Part shown: positions 36,751 through 49,466 of the stretch, piece by piece
How the letters are laid out: every line of letters starts with the position of its first letter
How positions within the stretch are numbered: the stretch's first letter is position 1
Assembly: GCA_028534125.1 (NCBI GenBank)
Contig: CM052817.1
Coordinates: 107,138,001-107,202,000 of the forward strand
Direction of reading: 5' to 3'
Length of the DNA: 64,000 nt
From: Lama glama
Lineage: Eukaryota
Translations under genes and position numbers: made by a program
The notes under the pieces: model-generated
The model's database searches: none
The model's input: only the letters and a program-made list of their open reading frames with translations
What the model was told of the DNA's origin: nothing

Positions 36751-39409
36751 CCAAAACCATCTATTGAGATCATTGTAAACCCAAGCAGGAGACCCTGAGT
36801 CTCTCCTAAGTTATTTCCAGGCATCCAAGGAGGCCTCAAGTTTTGCAAAGGCAACAAGACCGAAACACTTGCTTGGAGGTTAAAAAAAATTAATAAAATC
36901 TTTTTTCCCCTTTTATGTTTTGGATTTTTCTTGCCTTGTTCTCAGCGATTGGCGGTGCCTGTATTTGACTAGTTTCCATCACCAGTAGGAATGTACTACC
37001 TAAAATTCGGTTCAGAGAATCACATAAAGGGCAACTAAGAGGGACAGCAGAACACGTCAGCTGTGCTGAACTTGCCCCACGTCTGTGTGCTGGGTTTGTG
37101 CCGCGTGGATTTAGTGGTGCTGGAACTACGCTTCCCGAATGCCCTTCTCTGCACAGTTTTGGGTCAGTCTGGGCCCGGGAGCCGCTTTGGGTGAGATCAC
37201 AGGGCAGAAGGGACAGGCTGTCTGTGCCCAGGGCGCAGGCGCCCCCGCTGGGTCCTGCTGCTGTTGAGGACCATTGGCTCACCTCCCGTGCCTCCCCCTT
37301 CCTCACTGACTTCTGGACCACGTGGCGGTCAGCCCCGTGAGGAAGGGCACCCGTTTTCACCACAAGTCCCCCAGATGATCCAATTTGGAGGCTTGGAGGC
37401 AGTGAGAGAACTACTGGGGTCCAGCTAACCCTTGCGGGTGCCAGTGTATCCTGCAGCAGGAAAGCCCACTTTAAGGGTCGGGAGCACCGCGAAGCCCACC
37501 TGGAACAGGCGCGGTGGCCAGCATCCTGGGCTTGCACAGTTCCCTCCTGTGCTCGCCCCGCACTGTGTGTCTCGCTACCCCGAGACTCCCTCTTTCCCAT
37601 TTTCACACCCACATTAGCTTGATTGTTGCCTCTGATTTACTGCTTGTCCCCCAGCATCTGAGCTGCTTTCCTGACTCCCCGCAGTGGGGACACCACAGGC
37701 AGGGTCTTTCCTGTGGAGCTGGGGGCTGGGACTTCTGGGACTCACCTCTCTGATGCTAGCTTCAAAGGATAAGGAGCCAGGATACTGTCTTGGCTCCAAG
37801 GTCCGCCTAATGCAGGGGGCACTGTCCACAAATGCAGGAAGGTGTGCATGAACTGATTGACTGACAAATCCTTGAGAGCTTTACAGTCTGGCATCTTCCT
37901 TCATCACATTATGCTACCTTCCACATTTGACTGACTGTTCTCCCACCCAGAGAGTCATCCTAAATTTCTTTTTCATCGTTAAACTGGGTCAGTAATGATC
38001 CCAGCATTAAAGGATGAGGCCGAAGGAACACATCGCTGTTTACTCTCGCTGCTCACGTCTTTGCCTGGAGTAGACGCGTGTTGGTGAAAAGGGCAGGGGT
38101 CCTCTGCGGTATCGCTCTCCCTTCTCGTTCAGAATGCCTCTAACGCCACTTTCTTGGTGATTTATTTGATTTGCTCACTCACAGAGCACTGCTGAGAGCA
38201 ACTTCAGAAATAGGTTTCAGATAAATAGCTTCCAGTCCGCGCTCTAGCCACCCAGCAACCGTTCTCCCCAAACCTTTTCAGGGTGGTGGCTACTTCTGTT
38301 CACGCTCCCTTGGAGGAGAGAGAAACGGAAGAGTGGAGGCACTGCAGGTGCAAGGTGGGGAGCCACGGGAGGGACTCAACTCCAAGGGGATGCATTTAAC
38401 CCCTCCTGCTTCTAGTGACCCAGCTGAGCTCACCCGGTGTCCCCTTGCAGGGAACAGGCTGCTGAGAAAATGAGAAAATGAGAGCCCAGCAGGACTCCCC
38501 ACATAGCCTTTTTAACTGACAAACAAGCACCAAGTAGCTAGGCTACTTGGTTTACCAAAGCAGAGGGTTTACCAAAGCAGAGGACAATAAAGCAGAGAAG
38601 GTGGCAATCTAGAAAGCCTCCCTAAGGAGGAAGGGAAGGAGAAAAGAAATCATGGCAGAATTAATCCTCCCCCCCTTTGGTGAACTAGAAAATTGGAAAG
38701 AAGGAAAAAAAGATCTGTCATTTTAAAATGATTGCATTTCTCCCAGTAATCATTAACATGAAAAAGTAACCCCTGATGGTGTGGAGGTGATGTTATTTGT
38801 TATTTTGTAGCTGGTGAGCACGGTGGTAGTAAGAAGGCTGAGAGGTCCGTGTAAGGGACTGCTTTCTGTAACCTGCGTGTCACATGTTTATTCATTTATC
38901 CCTCAAATATTTATCAACATCAGGAACCAGGCATGCTCTGCGTTTGTTTATTGGTTAAGGGAGGGAAAGCAATCCAAGGCAAAACGTATCTGGGACTTTC
39001 CAATTCTTTTAGTTTAGCGTCAGTGAGCACCAAAGAATATTGCCAAATGATTTACATTCTTACAGGGCTTGGAAGTCCCCAGATTGATTTTCCCGTAATT
39101 CAGTAAATATATAATTTTATTACCATCACCGTGATGACAACACATGAAAAAACTTGTCACAATTTGTACTAATAGTTTAGGAATGTCTATGGAGAGGTTG
39201 ATGTAGGTGATAAATACCCATCCTCTACCTGTGCAAAGAAAATATAGTAAAAGCATAAACAGAGAATTAGACCACCACTTGGTGGACTGAAGGCAACATA
39301 GTGTGTCATTTAGTATGTGTTTCAGGAGAAACAGACCCAACAAGATTGAGTGCCATTTGGGGTCACATGCTAAAGCATGAATGTTTAATCTAAGACTAAT
39401 TTTCTCATT

Positions 39410-40500
39410 TTTTAAAATTTTTTTCAATTGTAGTAAAATGAACAGAACATAAAACAGTACACTTAAAAGTTTAAAAAAACATAGAATGGTAAATACTTTA
39501 AAAGGTACAGTTCTGTAGCATTAAGCACATTTACACCCTCGTGAAACTGTCACCACTATCCATCCTCAGAATTTCTTCATCTTGCAGAATTGAAACTCTG
39601 GACCCATTAAACCCTCACTGTCTATTTCTCTCTCCCCAGCCCCTGGCAACCACCATTCTTCTTTCTGTTTCAGTGAATCTGACTACTTTAGTAATTGCAT
39701 ATGACTGGAATCACATGAAATCTGTCTTTTTTCTGACTGGCTTATTTCACGTAGCACAATGTCCTGAAGAGTCATACACGTTGTAGCTTGTGCCAGCATT
39801 TCCCTCTTTTTCAAGGCTGAATAATAATCTATTGTGTGTTGCTATGGACTGAAATGTTTCCCCCACCAAGTTCAGGTGTGGAAGCCCCAATCCCCAACAT
39901 GGCTGTCTTTGGAGATGTGTCTTTTATGAAGGTAACTGAGGTTGAATGAGGTCATAAGGTGGGACCTCCATCCCGTAGACCTGGTGTCCTTATAGGAAGA
40001 GGGAGGCACAGCAGAGTGCTTCCTCTCTCTGTAGGGGCAGAGGAAGACCCCCTGAGGGCACAGAGAGACAAGGGGCCATTGCAAGCCAAGGAGACAGCTC
40101 TCACCGGAAACCGACCCTGAAGGCACCTTGACCTTGGACTTCCAGCCTCCGGAACTGGTGTTGTAGCCCCCAGCCGGAGGTATTTTGTTATAGCAGGCCT
40201 CACAGACTGACACGTAGCAGAGAGCACATGCTGTCTATCCATCCATCCACTGATGGACGCTTAAGCTGCTTTATTTACCTTTTGGCTCTAGTGAATAATG
40301 CTGCTCTGAATAGGTGTCCAAACACCTGTGAGGCCCCCGCTGACATTCCTCTGGGCAAGTACCCAGAAGTGGAATTGCTGGATCATGTGTTAATTCGATC
40401 TTTAATTGTTTGAGGAATCATCACACCACTGTCGACAGCAGCTGCACCACCTTACGTTCCCTCTAGCAAAGCACAAGCTTCCCATTTCTCTGTATCTCTC
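39410..40500 (-). mobile_element. L1MB-type 3' region split by a MaLR LTR
   Basis: TACAGTTCTGTAGCATTAAGCACATTTACA..; the L1 text stops at ~39837 and resumes at ~40215. Confidence 0.8.
39838..40213 (+). mobile_element. MLT1 (MaLR) solo LTR, MLT1B-like
   Basis: Begins TGCTATGGACTGAA.., ends ..GTATTTTGTTATAGCAG..CAGACTGACAC, typical MLT1 termini. Confidence 0.8.
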
Positions 40501-40671
40501 ATTATAGAAACATTTAAGGGCGGCGTTTCAGTTACGGCGAGGACACCGTGGTCGCTCCGTAATGATTGTGGACCTGGGACTCATGACGACCTATTCAAAC
40601 GTGTCAGTTAATTTGCTTTCCAGAAGCAGTAATGCAACAGTATATGATACTGCTTTTAAAAGGGGGAATTC

Positions 40672-40790
40672 AAATTTTATCTTATTTATTTACTTTTGGG
40701 GGGCATTAGGTTTATTTATTTACTTAATGGAGGCACTGGGGATTGAACCCAGGACCTCGTGCATGCTAAGCATGCACTCTACCCTCCCCT
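40672..40790 (-). mobile_element. tRNA-Ala-derived SINE (Vic-1-like)
   Basis: Core motif; imperfect flanking repeat GG(A)AATTCAAA. Confidence 0.83.
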
Positions 40791-42989
40791 GGAAATTCAA
40801 AATAAACAGGAAGATTAGGTGCCAGTTTGTATCTGCATTGCTTCATCAAAAAATCATCATCAAATTCTAGTTATTCTTGTTAAAAATGAAAAAGCCACAC
40901 ACACACACCTTCACCAGCACTGGCCTGTCATATGTCAGCTGAAATCTGTTTTCTCATCTTTCCTCTCCAGCTGGTCTAAAGGTATCAGGTCAGAAATCAT
41001 CTCAGGAACCACCCCCTGAGTTGAGTTACACTATTTGTGATCACGACAGTATCTGTGTTTAGCTCCGCATTTCATGTAATCATGTAGCTCAGAAGTGGAG
41101 TTTAGGAATCTGTTTCCTCATATAGCCCGTAAGCGCTAAGTGTTAACACCTTGTGCGAAGTAGGATCTCTTTGTAAAAACTTTCCTTATAATTATTTTCA
41201 ATTTTCATAGGCTTGAGGGGCCACGTGAGGAATAATGTTCATGGACATGGAAATAATTAACTCAGAAAATTGCAAAAAAAAATCAAAGTTGCATAGTCAT
41301 GTTTTCCAGCGTAGCATCAATACTCATTAAATACGCCAACCAACCAGGGTCAAGATTAAAGCTTTTACTTATTCTATACTATCCTTAAACTGTCCCCTGC
41401 ACACCTCAAAGAGTCAGGATGTGTATTTCAAATATTAAATAGCTGCTAGGAACGCTACATGTTCCCTAGGGATTACTGATAGTGATTGCAGCATTTGACT
41501 TCTCGGGCTCCTTCTGCTGAAACAGACTGAAGTTCAGTTGGCAAGCAAGAGTCAATATTTCACTGGCACGTCACTGGGACGTTTTTTCCTAGTTTCAGGC
41601 TTGGAAGTTTAATAATTGATTGGGGGATGGGAGGGGGGCCAAGCCCTGATTTGTTCAACAGTTTTCTCAGCGATTTGGATAGAGGAAAATCAGGTTTGCA
41701 GAAGGCATTGACCTAGGGGAGAGAGAGAGAGAGAGCAAAAATGAGGTGACAATTTGGGTTGTAAATGAGAATATTTTAGAATTAGAGGCTCAAACTAACA
41801 AGATTATAATTTAGCAGGAATAAGTCTGAACCTGGTGCTTAGGGTGAAAAATTCAGTAATACAAGTGAGGACTAGGCGAGGTATTGTGTGATGGGTTGGT
41901 GTGGAGGTCATCCCTGACTGTGATGAGCCTGGAGGTTAGCGTGGGTCCCAGGAAAGCTGCCAGAATCACAGAGGTCTCTGCTCAGCAGACAGCGGATGAC
42001 ACGGTAGCATCACTTTTGGTTGGGAGCAACACTTCTTTTTTTAATTAAAGTAAGTCAGTTACACTGTGTCAATTTCTGGTGTACAGCACACTGTCCCAGT
42101 CCTGCATGTGCAGCACATTTTAAAGGTAGATGTTAATGGACTGAAGCGCCCCAAGGGGCAGGATGGGGCGGAGTCTGAGCATCACGTCTCAGGAAGGACA
42201 CTGGAAAGAAGTGGGAAGCTGACCTACAAAAGAACCTAGTGTGAGCCTCTCGCCTTCTCCAGCTTCTGACAGGTGGTCCCCTGAGAGAGGGTCTATGAAC
42301 TGAGATTCAGAATTCAGACCACTGTGGGACTGTTCCAGGAAGGCAGATTTCAGTTCAACCTAAGAAAGAATAATTAGACCCGTCCCCGAATAGAATGTGC
42401 TTCTATCGCTGGAAATCTTTTGGCTGTTGGATGGACACCAGCTGTGGAAGGGAACCCTACCTAAGGGTAGAAGGTGACACCTGCTGACCAATCCCAGCTC
42501 CCAGAAGACACTGGAAACGTGGACCTCTCTGCTAACACTGAGGCTGCAACACCTGGATTTACGGCTGTACTAATGTGATTGCCAAAACCTGCTGGCAACC
42601 CAAGTGGGTTAACACGGCCGTGAATGCAACAGGGCATCTCTTCATTTTACATGGGAATTTCGCCCTGGCTTCCACTGAGGAAGCCACCAGAATTCACCAC
42701 CCGTAGCACCTAGTGACCCATTCTCGGAGCCCCTGCGCAGCAGCTGAAGCGTGGAGACACTGGAAGATGGAATCACTTTCCCACCTTCCCACCTTCCCGC
42801 CTTCCCATGAGAGCAGCACCGTGGTATCCCTTCTTGCTTCCAGGAATACACGAGTTACTGTCTCAGAGGCCAGTATTAGACGCTCCAGGAAACACACCAG
42901 GGCCATTAGCATTGGCACGCAGGTTAATGTCGGCTAGAGGTGCCTGAGCACTTGCGCACCGTCAACTCCGAGCGGGCGCGAGGCTCGCT

Positions 42990-43237
42990 TGGAGGGGTTG
43001 CTAGGACACAGGCAGCTTGGCCCCACCTTCAGAGTCTCTGTTTCAGGGCATGTGAGGTGGGGCCTGAGATTCTGCCTTTTTAATAAGTTCTCAGGCGATG
43101 CCCGTAGTCTTCCCAACTCTGCCTTCCGTGACATCGGACTGGGAGTCTGAAACGGGCCATGGTGGGGGTGTTTGCACCACAGAAACGAGTGTAAATTCTG
43201 CGAGCTGGTAGTCAAACATCTACCAGGAAACCACTGC
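42990..43237. mobile_element. MER5-like fragment abutting a MER63-like fragment
   Basis: GGTGGGGCCTGAGATTCTGCCTTTTTAATAAGTTCTC, then CTTCCCAACTC..GGCCATGGTGGG..AAACATCTACCAG..CCACTG. Confidence 0.6.
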
Positions 43238-43594
43238 TACAGACTCAGAGCAGAAAGAAAACACGGGACAATTAAACATCTAAGGCAGCATTGCTCCAAT
43301 TCACTGTAGTCGTGGATTTAATGATGGTTTCCTGAGTCCTGGCTACGTAACCACAGCAATATTTTCTCAGTTATAATCTGTTGAAAGGACTGAGCATAAA
43401 TGGAGTTCATGAAGTAATACTTGCTCTTGGATTAAAGCGATGAAGGATGGTTTCAGACATTAATTATTTGCCGTAAGGAAAAGTCAACATTTGACGCATT
43501 TCCTAAATGTGTATTAAAATTAAATAAGTGAAAAGGAACCTAGACCTGTGATTATTGAATAAATGTACATATCACTTCATTACTGTCCCCACCA

Positions 43595-43760
43595 CCTCAT
43601 CATCTCCACTGTCTCACATTTACTGACTGCTTAGAATAAGCCAGGCACCACTGTCAGCTTTTTTACATGAATGATCTCACTTAATTCTTCTCAAATTCTG
43701 TCACATAGATATTATTATCCCCATTTTACAGATAAAAACCTGAGTCACAGTCACAGGTAT
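43595..43760 (-). mobile_element. MIR fragment
   Basis: CATTTACTGA..CCAGGCAC..ATTATTATCCCCATTTTACAGAT..CTGAG core. Confidence 0.7.
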
Positions 43761-43919
43761 GTGATGCTGTGGACCAGTGCTGGAGGGATGGATGTCAGGC
43801 AGCCATGGATCTGGTGATGTCATGTGTAATGTCCTAGAAACCTCAAATCCAGCATTTCTTAAAGATAATTTACTGACAACAACCACATTACTATTACACA
43901 ATCACTATATTCTTAAATA

Positions 43920-44690
43920 TATATATATATTTTTATTGAAGTATAGTTGGTTTACAATGTTGTGTTAATTTCTGGTGTAAACCATAGTGATTCAGTTATA
44001 CATACATATATATTTCTTTTCATATTCTTTTTCATTTTAGGCTATTACAGGATATTGAATATAGTTCCTTGTGCTATGCAGTAGGACCTTATTGTTTATC
44101 TATTTTATATAATAGTGTGTATCTGCAAATCTTGAACTCCTAATTTATCCCTCCCCACCCCTTTCCCTGTGGTAACCTTAAGTTTGTTTTCTATGTCTGT
44201 GACTCTGTCTCTGTTTTGTAAATAAGTTCATCTGTATTATTTTTTTTAAAGATTTCACAAATAAGTAATATCATATGGTAATTTTCTTTCTCTTTCTGGC
44301 TTACTTCACTTAGTATGACAATCTCCAAGTCCATCCATGTTGCTGCAAATGGCAAAATTTCATTCCATTTCACGGCTGAGAAGTGTATGTATATAAATAT
44401 AATTATAAATATAAATATAAATATATATACACATGCCACACCTTCTTCATCCAGTCATCTGTTGATGGACATTTAGGGTGTGTCCACATCTTGGCTATTG
44501 TATATAGTGCTGCTGTGAACACTGGGGTGCGTGTATCTTTTCAAATTAGAGTTTCCTCTGGATATATGCCTAGAAGTGGGATTACTGCATCATATAGTAA
44601 CTCTATTATCAGGTTTTAAAGGAATCTCCATGCTGTTTTCCATAGTGGCTGCAGCAAACTACATTCCCCCGACAGGGCGGGAGGGCTCCC
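43920..44690 (-). mobile_element. 5'-truncated L1
   Basis: Family 3'UTR + ORF2 end (EILPFAATWMDLEIVILSEVSQKEK), with an internal (TATAAA)n expansion. Confidence 0.92.
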
Positions 44691-45596
44691 TTACATATAC
44701 CTTTTCTTCATCGCAGAAGAAAGCACTGCTAGCATCGGTGGTCTCCAAGACAATACTAGAGCAACGCTGGCATTCCAGGGAAACAATGCTAACATTGGCT
44801 CCGTGGCATTAAACCATAATAGTCCGACCATCTGAAGTCTCCTCTTTTGAGCTGCACCTCAGCCCTCCTCAGTGGTGCGCGGAAACTCTCAGCGTTTGCC
44901 CCTCTGACTCCTGCTGCTTCTGTTTCCATGAGGCTGACCTACTACGCCTGATACATTTTTTATTTCTCCATTATTATTACGGTATTACCAGCCTGTGATT
45001 GCTCTGACTTCAAAACCTCCTGTCTTGAAGATTCTTTTGTGTCTATTTAATCACAAGTCTAGATCCTGGGGCGATTCTGTTTGCTCCCACTTAGTATCGC
45101 CTGCAGTCTGTCATGCTCAGAGTTTTGTTCGAAGCCATAATATGACCTAAAATGAATGTTACCTGGGGTGAAAACTTAGACCCTCTCGAGCTGTCAGCAT
45201 GTGTGACACATCCTGGAAGGAGTGTAATCTCACTTTAAAAGGGATCTGACTGGGAGCAATTAGCTATGGAAGTCTGAGGGGGTGGGGTGGGAGGTTTCAG
45301 GGCTGAGTAACCAGTCAAACAGTTGGTAGCAGTGACAGGGCGTGGACGCCCAGCCACCCCGCCCAGCCGCTGGCCCTTCCCCGGTGTAAACACACTTGCT
45401 CACCTTGGTTTCATTTTGGTCGTCTGAGTAGACCCCCCTGGGCTGCTTCTGTCTGAATCCTCTGCCAGTTTTGTGCACTGAAGACCTCGCCGTCTCTAAC
45501 AAACATTGCAACAGCTTCCCCAGCCTCCGTGAGCCGCGTTCATAATTATTCACCAGCTTAAGTATCAGAAGACTTCACAAGTTGCCAAACTCTAGG

Positions 45597-45910
45597 CCAG
45601 TTCTGTTCAACAGGAATAAAAGGCAAACCACAAACATAATTCAAAATGTCCTGGTAGCCACACTGAAAACAATTAAAACAGATGAAATCACTTTAATAAC
45701 ATATTTTAGGTGACCCAATATATTCAAATGGTTACCATTTCAATATGAAATCGATGTCCGGAGTTATTAATGAAGTGCTTCACATTCTTTCTTTTGTACT
45801 GTCTTGGAAAGCTCTGTGTTTAAGTCAAAGCCTGCCTCAGCCTGGACTGGGCACTTAACAAGTTCTCAAAGCCACCTGGGACTAGTGGCTACCATGTTGG
45901 AAAGCACAGC
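45597..45910. mobile_element. MER33-like hAT-Charlie MITE
   Basis: GGTAGCCACA..TTTAATAACATATTTTA..CTAGTGGCTACCATGTTGGAAAGCACAG matches the recalled MER33 consensus. Confidence 0.75.
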
Positions 45911-47459
45911 TCCAGACGTGTGAAAGCTCAGATGAATGTTTTCTTGGGACATCCAAATATCCTAACGCCCTGCTGACGGGTTTTTAATGAGGTATCAATT
46001 AAACACTCTTGCTTGATGTGTAGCTTTTATACCAGGTCATTATTTATAATAAGGATGAATAATAATAAATTAATTACGGTGAAGAACAGCCAGGCGCGTA
46101 CTGTATATAAATAAAAATGCATAAATTTCTTAAAGTTGTGCTAGGCTGCAGAAGTAGAACCACCATACTCTCTGCCAGAATTTCAGTGATTTATAATCAG
46201 GTCGGGTCTCTCTAGGCTAGGAATCTAGGAATTCAGAGAGTGGCTTCTTGAGTATCTTTAATATTTAACGGAGAAAACATAACACACATCAAATAGGCTC
46301 ACAGTTTCCTGTTGCTCTTCACAGAGGACTGAAAAGGTGGTAGCTCTTAAACAGCGTCCAGTCTGAATCTCTTTCCAGTGTCCAGAATTTTCTTACCTGC
46401 AATAAGAAACATTCTTGCCCGCATTGGCAATCAGAGAGCCCTCTCGTTTCTGGCTTTCGGGTTCTGGGGACTGGTAGTTGAAGGTACAGCTTCAGTTCGC
46501 TTAACTGAATGGCTGGCATCTGTAGCAGTTGAGTTCTCTTTAGGGAGGAGTATTTTTCTGTCCACCTTGTCAATGGGAGAAGAATCTTTCTTTTTTAGAG
46601 TACAATTCCACCTGATCTCCGTGTGCTTGGCACTGTGTGATCTCACTGCACATTTTGCACTCCGGGAGTGGAGGGCATTGCATTTAGGCATCACAGGTCT
46701 GATCTTGTACACCAGCATCAGCGCGGGGAAGAAGGGCTGGGCGTGGCAGAAGTGACGGAAAGAGCAGAAATGGTTAGCAGGTGTGTAATATGGTAATAGT
46801 TACCGCCGGGCATCTGCTCTGCACCAGGTACCTGTACAGACACGGTTGACATTTCCTACACACAGCATCTCCCAGTTCTTATGACGACTGTATCAGATTG
46901 TTAGCTGTACTTTCCTTTTTCAGACAAAGAAACCGAGCCTGTGAAGCCGGATTTTGAAGCAGGTTACAAACCTTTTCTGAAATAGAATTCAGATGAAGTA
47001 TGACCCAGTCTCTTTTCCCCCACGCCACGATGCCTCCCAGCAAAGCCAAACAAATGAAAAAGGAACTGGTTGGCTGGAAGCCAACTGCAAACCACAAGAA
47101 ATGCAGAATGAAAGGGCAGAGTGTGAATTACACAGAGGGTGAGATAAACGTGGCGGGGGAGAAATGGGGCATTTCATCATTTCCCTGTATAATAGAAGAG
47201 GGAACAATTGAAGGGGCAGGAAAACAAGGGTGTCCTGAGGTGATCGTAAATATGTCTCTGCAGAAAATGAAGTTTCAGAGGAACAGGGAAAATCGAAGAA
47301 GTAGCAGGGACTGAATGAATAGAAGTGATGATTAAGAGACCAAAGGAGAGAGGAAAAATAACTCGGGTGACCATTATATCAGTGGCTTTCAAACCCGTCT
47401 GATGGCAGCCCAGAGTGAGCAATGTATTTTACACAGGGACCCAGTCAACCAACCAGCAC

Positions 47460-47912
47460 TGTGTGTGTTTGTGTGTGTGTATGTGTGTGTATGTATGTGT
47501 GTGTGTTTGTGTGTGTTTATGTGTGTGTTTATGTGTGTGTATGTGTGTGTATGTATGTGTGTGTATGTGTGTGTATGTGTGTGTTTGTGTGTGTATGTGT
47601 GTGTATGTGTGTGTATGTGTATGTGTGTGTATGTGTGTGTTTATGTGTGTATGTATGTATGTGTGTGTATGTGTGTTTATGTGTGTGTATGTGTGTATGT
47701 ATGTGTGTATGTGTGTGTATGTGTGTGTATGTGTGTGTTTATGTGTGTGTATGTGTGTATGTATGTGTGTGTGTGTATGTGTGTGTATGTGTGTGTGTAT
47801 GTGTGTGTATGTGTGTATGTGTGTGTTTATGTGTGTGTGTATGTGTGTGTGTATGTGTGTGTATGTGTGTGTGTATGTGTGTGTGTGTTTGTGTGTGTTT
47901 ATGTGTGTGTGT
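47460..47912. repeat. Compound (TG)n microsatellite with TA/TT interruptions
   Basis: ~450 bp built of GTGTGTAT / GTGTGTTT / GTAT units. Confidence 0.98.
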
Positions 47913-49106
47913 ATACAGTAGTAAAACACAGGAGCAAAGGCAACTCTGTAGGGAAAGGATAGTCTTCGAGACCAATGGCGCTAGAACAATGGTCTGTCTA
48001 TACACCCCCAAAAAATTCAGCTTCAACTCATACCTCCCATCACATGCGAAAATGGACTTGAAATGAATCATAGACCAAAATGAAAAACCTAAAACTGTAA
48101 AACGTCTAAAAGAAATCAGGGGAGAAAATCTTTGTGACCTTGGGTTAGGGGAAGAGTTTTTTAGATGCATCATCTAAAAGATGACTCATAAAGAACACAG
48201 CAATAAATTAGTCTTTATCAAAGTTACAACTTCTACTCCTCAGAAGACCCTGTTAAGAGGGTAAAATTACAGAGACAGACTAGAAGAAAATATTTGCAAA
48301 GTACCTATTGATAAAAGACTTCTATTCGGAATATGAAAATAGCTCTCAAAAGTCTCAACAAGAAAACAACACAATTAAAAATGGGTGAAAGATTTGGACA
48401 CTTCATCAGAGAAGACGCACCAAAGGCAAAGAAGCATAAGACACTCAACATTATCGGTCAGTAGAGAAGCACAGGGTAAAGTTGCAGTGAGACGCCGCCA
48501 CCACCTATCAGGGCAAAAGTTCAGACCAACTCGATTAAGTGTTGGCAGGGCTGGGGAGAAAGTAGGGCTCTCTGCAGATCACCGCTGGGGGGATGTAAAA
48601 TGACACGATCCCCTTGGAAAGCAATTTGGCAGTTTCTTTGTACACCTACTGTAGGATCCCGGCATTCCATTTTTTACCCAAGAGAAACTAAAGCAGGTGT
48701 TCCTACAGAGATCTGTGCACGGGTGTTCACCACAGCTTTATTTGTATCAGCCCCAAACTGAAAACAACCCAAAAGTCCATCACCAGGGAGATGAATAAAC
48801 TATGGCATATTCATACCATCAGATACTACCCAGCAAGAAAAAGGAACAATCTAGTGGTAAGTATTACAATAATATGGATGATCTCAAAATAATTACGCTT
48901 AGTGTCAGTAGCTGGGCTAAGGAGTGTGTACTCTGTGATGCTCTTTATATAAAACTGTAGAAATTGCTAATTAATTTACAGTAACTGAATGCAGATAAAT
49001 GGTTGCCTGGGATGGGGATGGGCAGGAGTGGGAAGGGGAGGGTTTCCAAAGAGGCATGAGGAAATCTGGGGGTGATGGGTTTTTTATCTAGATTATGGTG
49101 CTATTT

Positions 49107-49466
49107 CAGGGATTGTGTGGCCCGAGTCAGCAGGTGAAAATATAAGATGCACAATTAAAATTGAATTTCAGATAGTATTTTTTAGTATGAGTGCGTACCA
49201 TGCAATGTTTGCAACATACTTATACTAAAAGAATTACTTGTTGTTTATCTGAAATTCAAATTTAATTGTAGTGGGGAGGGGATAGCTCAGTAGTAGAGTG
49301 TATGCCTAGCATGCAGGAGGTCCTGGGTTCAATTCCCAGTCCCTCCATTATATATATAAATAAACAAACAAACAAGCCTAATTATCTACCCCCAACAGAA
49401 AACCAAACCAAAACAACAACCAAAAATACCCATAAACAAGTTCAACTGTATTTACCCGGCACCCTG
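49107..49466. mobile_element. MER53-like palindromic hAT MITE
   Basis: TTAAAATTGAATTTCAGATAG..TTTTAGTATGAGT / ACTTATACTAAAA..TTTATCTGAAATTCAAATTTAA inverted arms. Confidence 0.8.
49272..49440 (+). mobile_element. tRNA-Ala-derived SINE inserted in MER53
   Basis: GGGGAGGGGATAGCTCAGTAGTAGAG..GGTCCTGGGTTCAATTCCCAG plus A-rich tail, interrupting MER53. Confidence 0.85.

Noticed and set aside
36890..37612. 240-aa minus-strand ORF
   Set aside because: Low-information peptide from a GC-rich stretch; no homology or exon structure seen.
47402..48173. Long Val/Cys/Tyr and His/Thr ORFs
   Set aside because: Translation artefacts of the (TG)n microsatellite.
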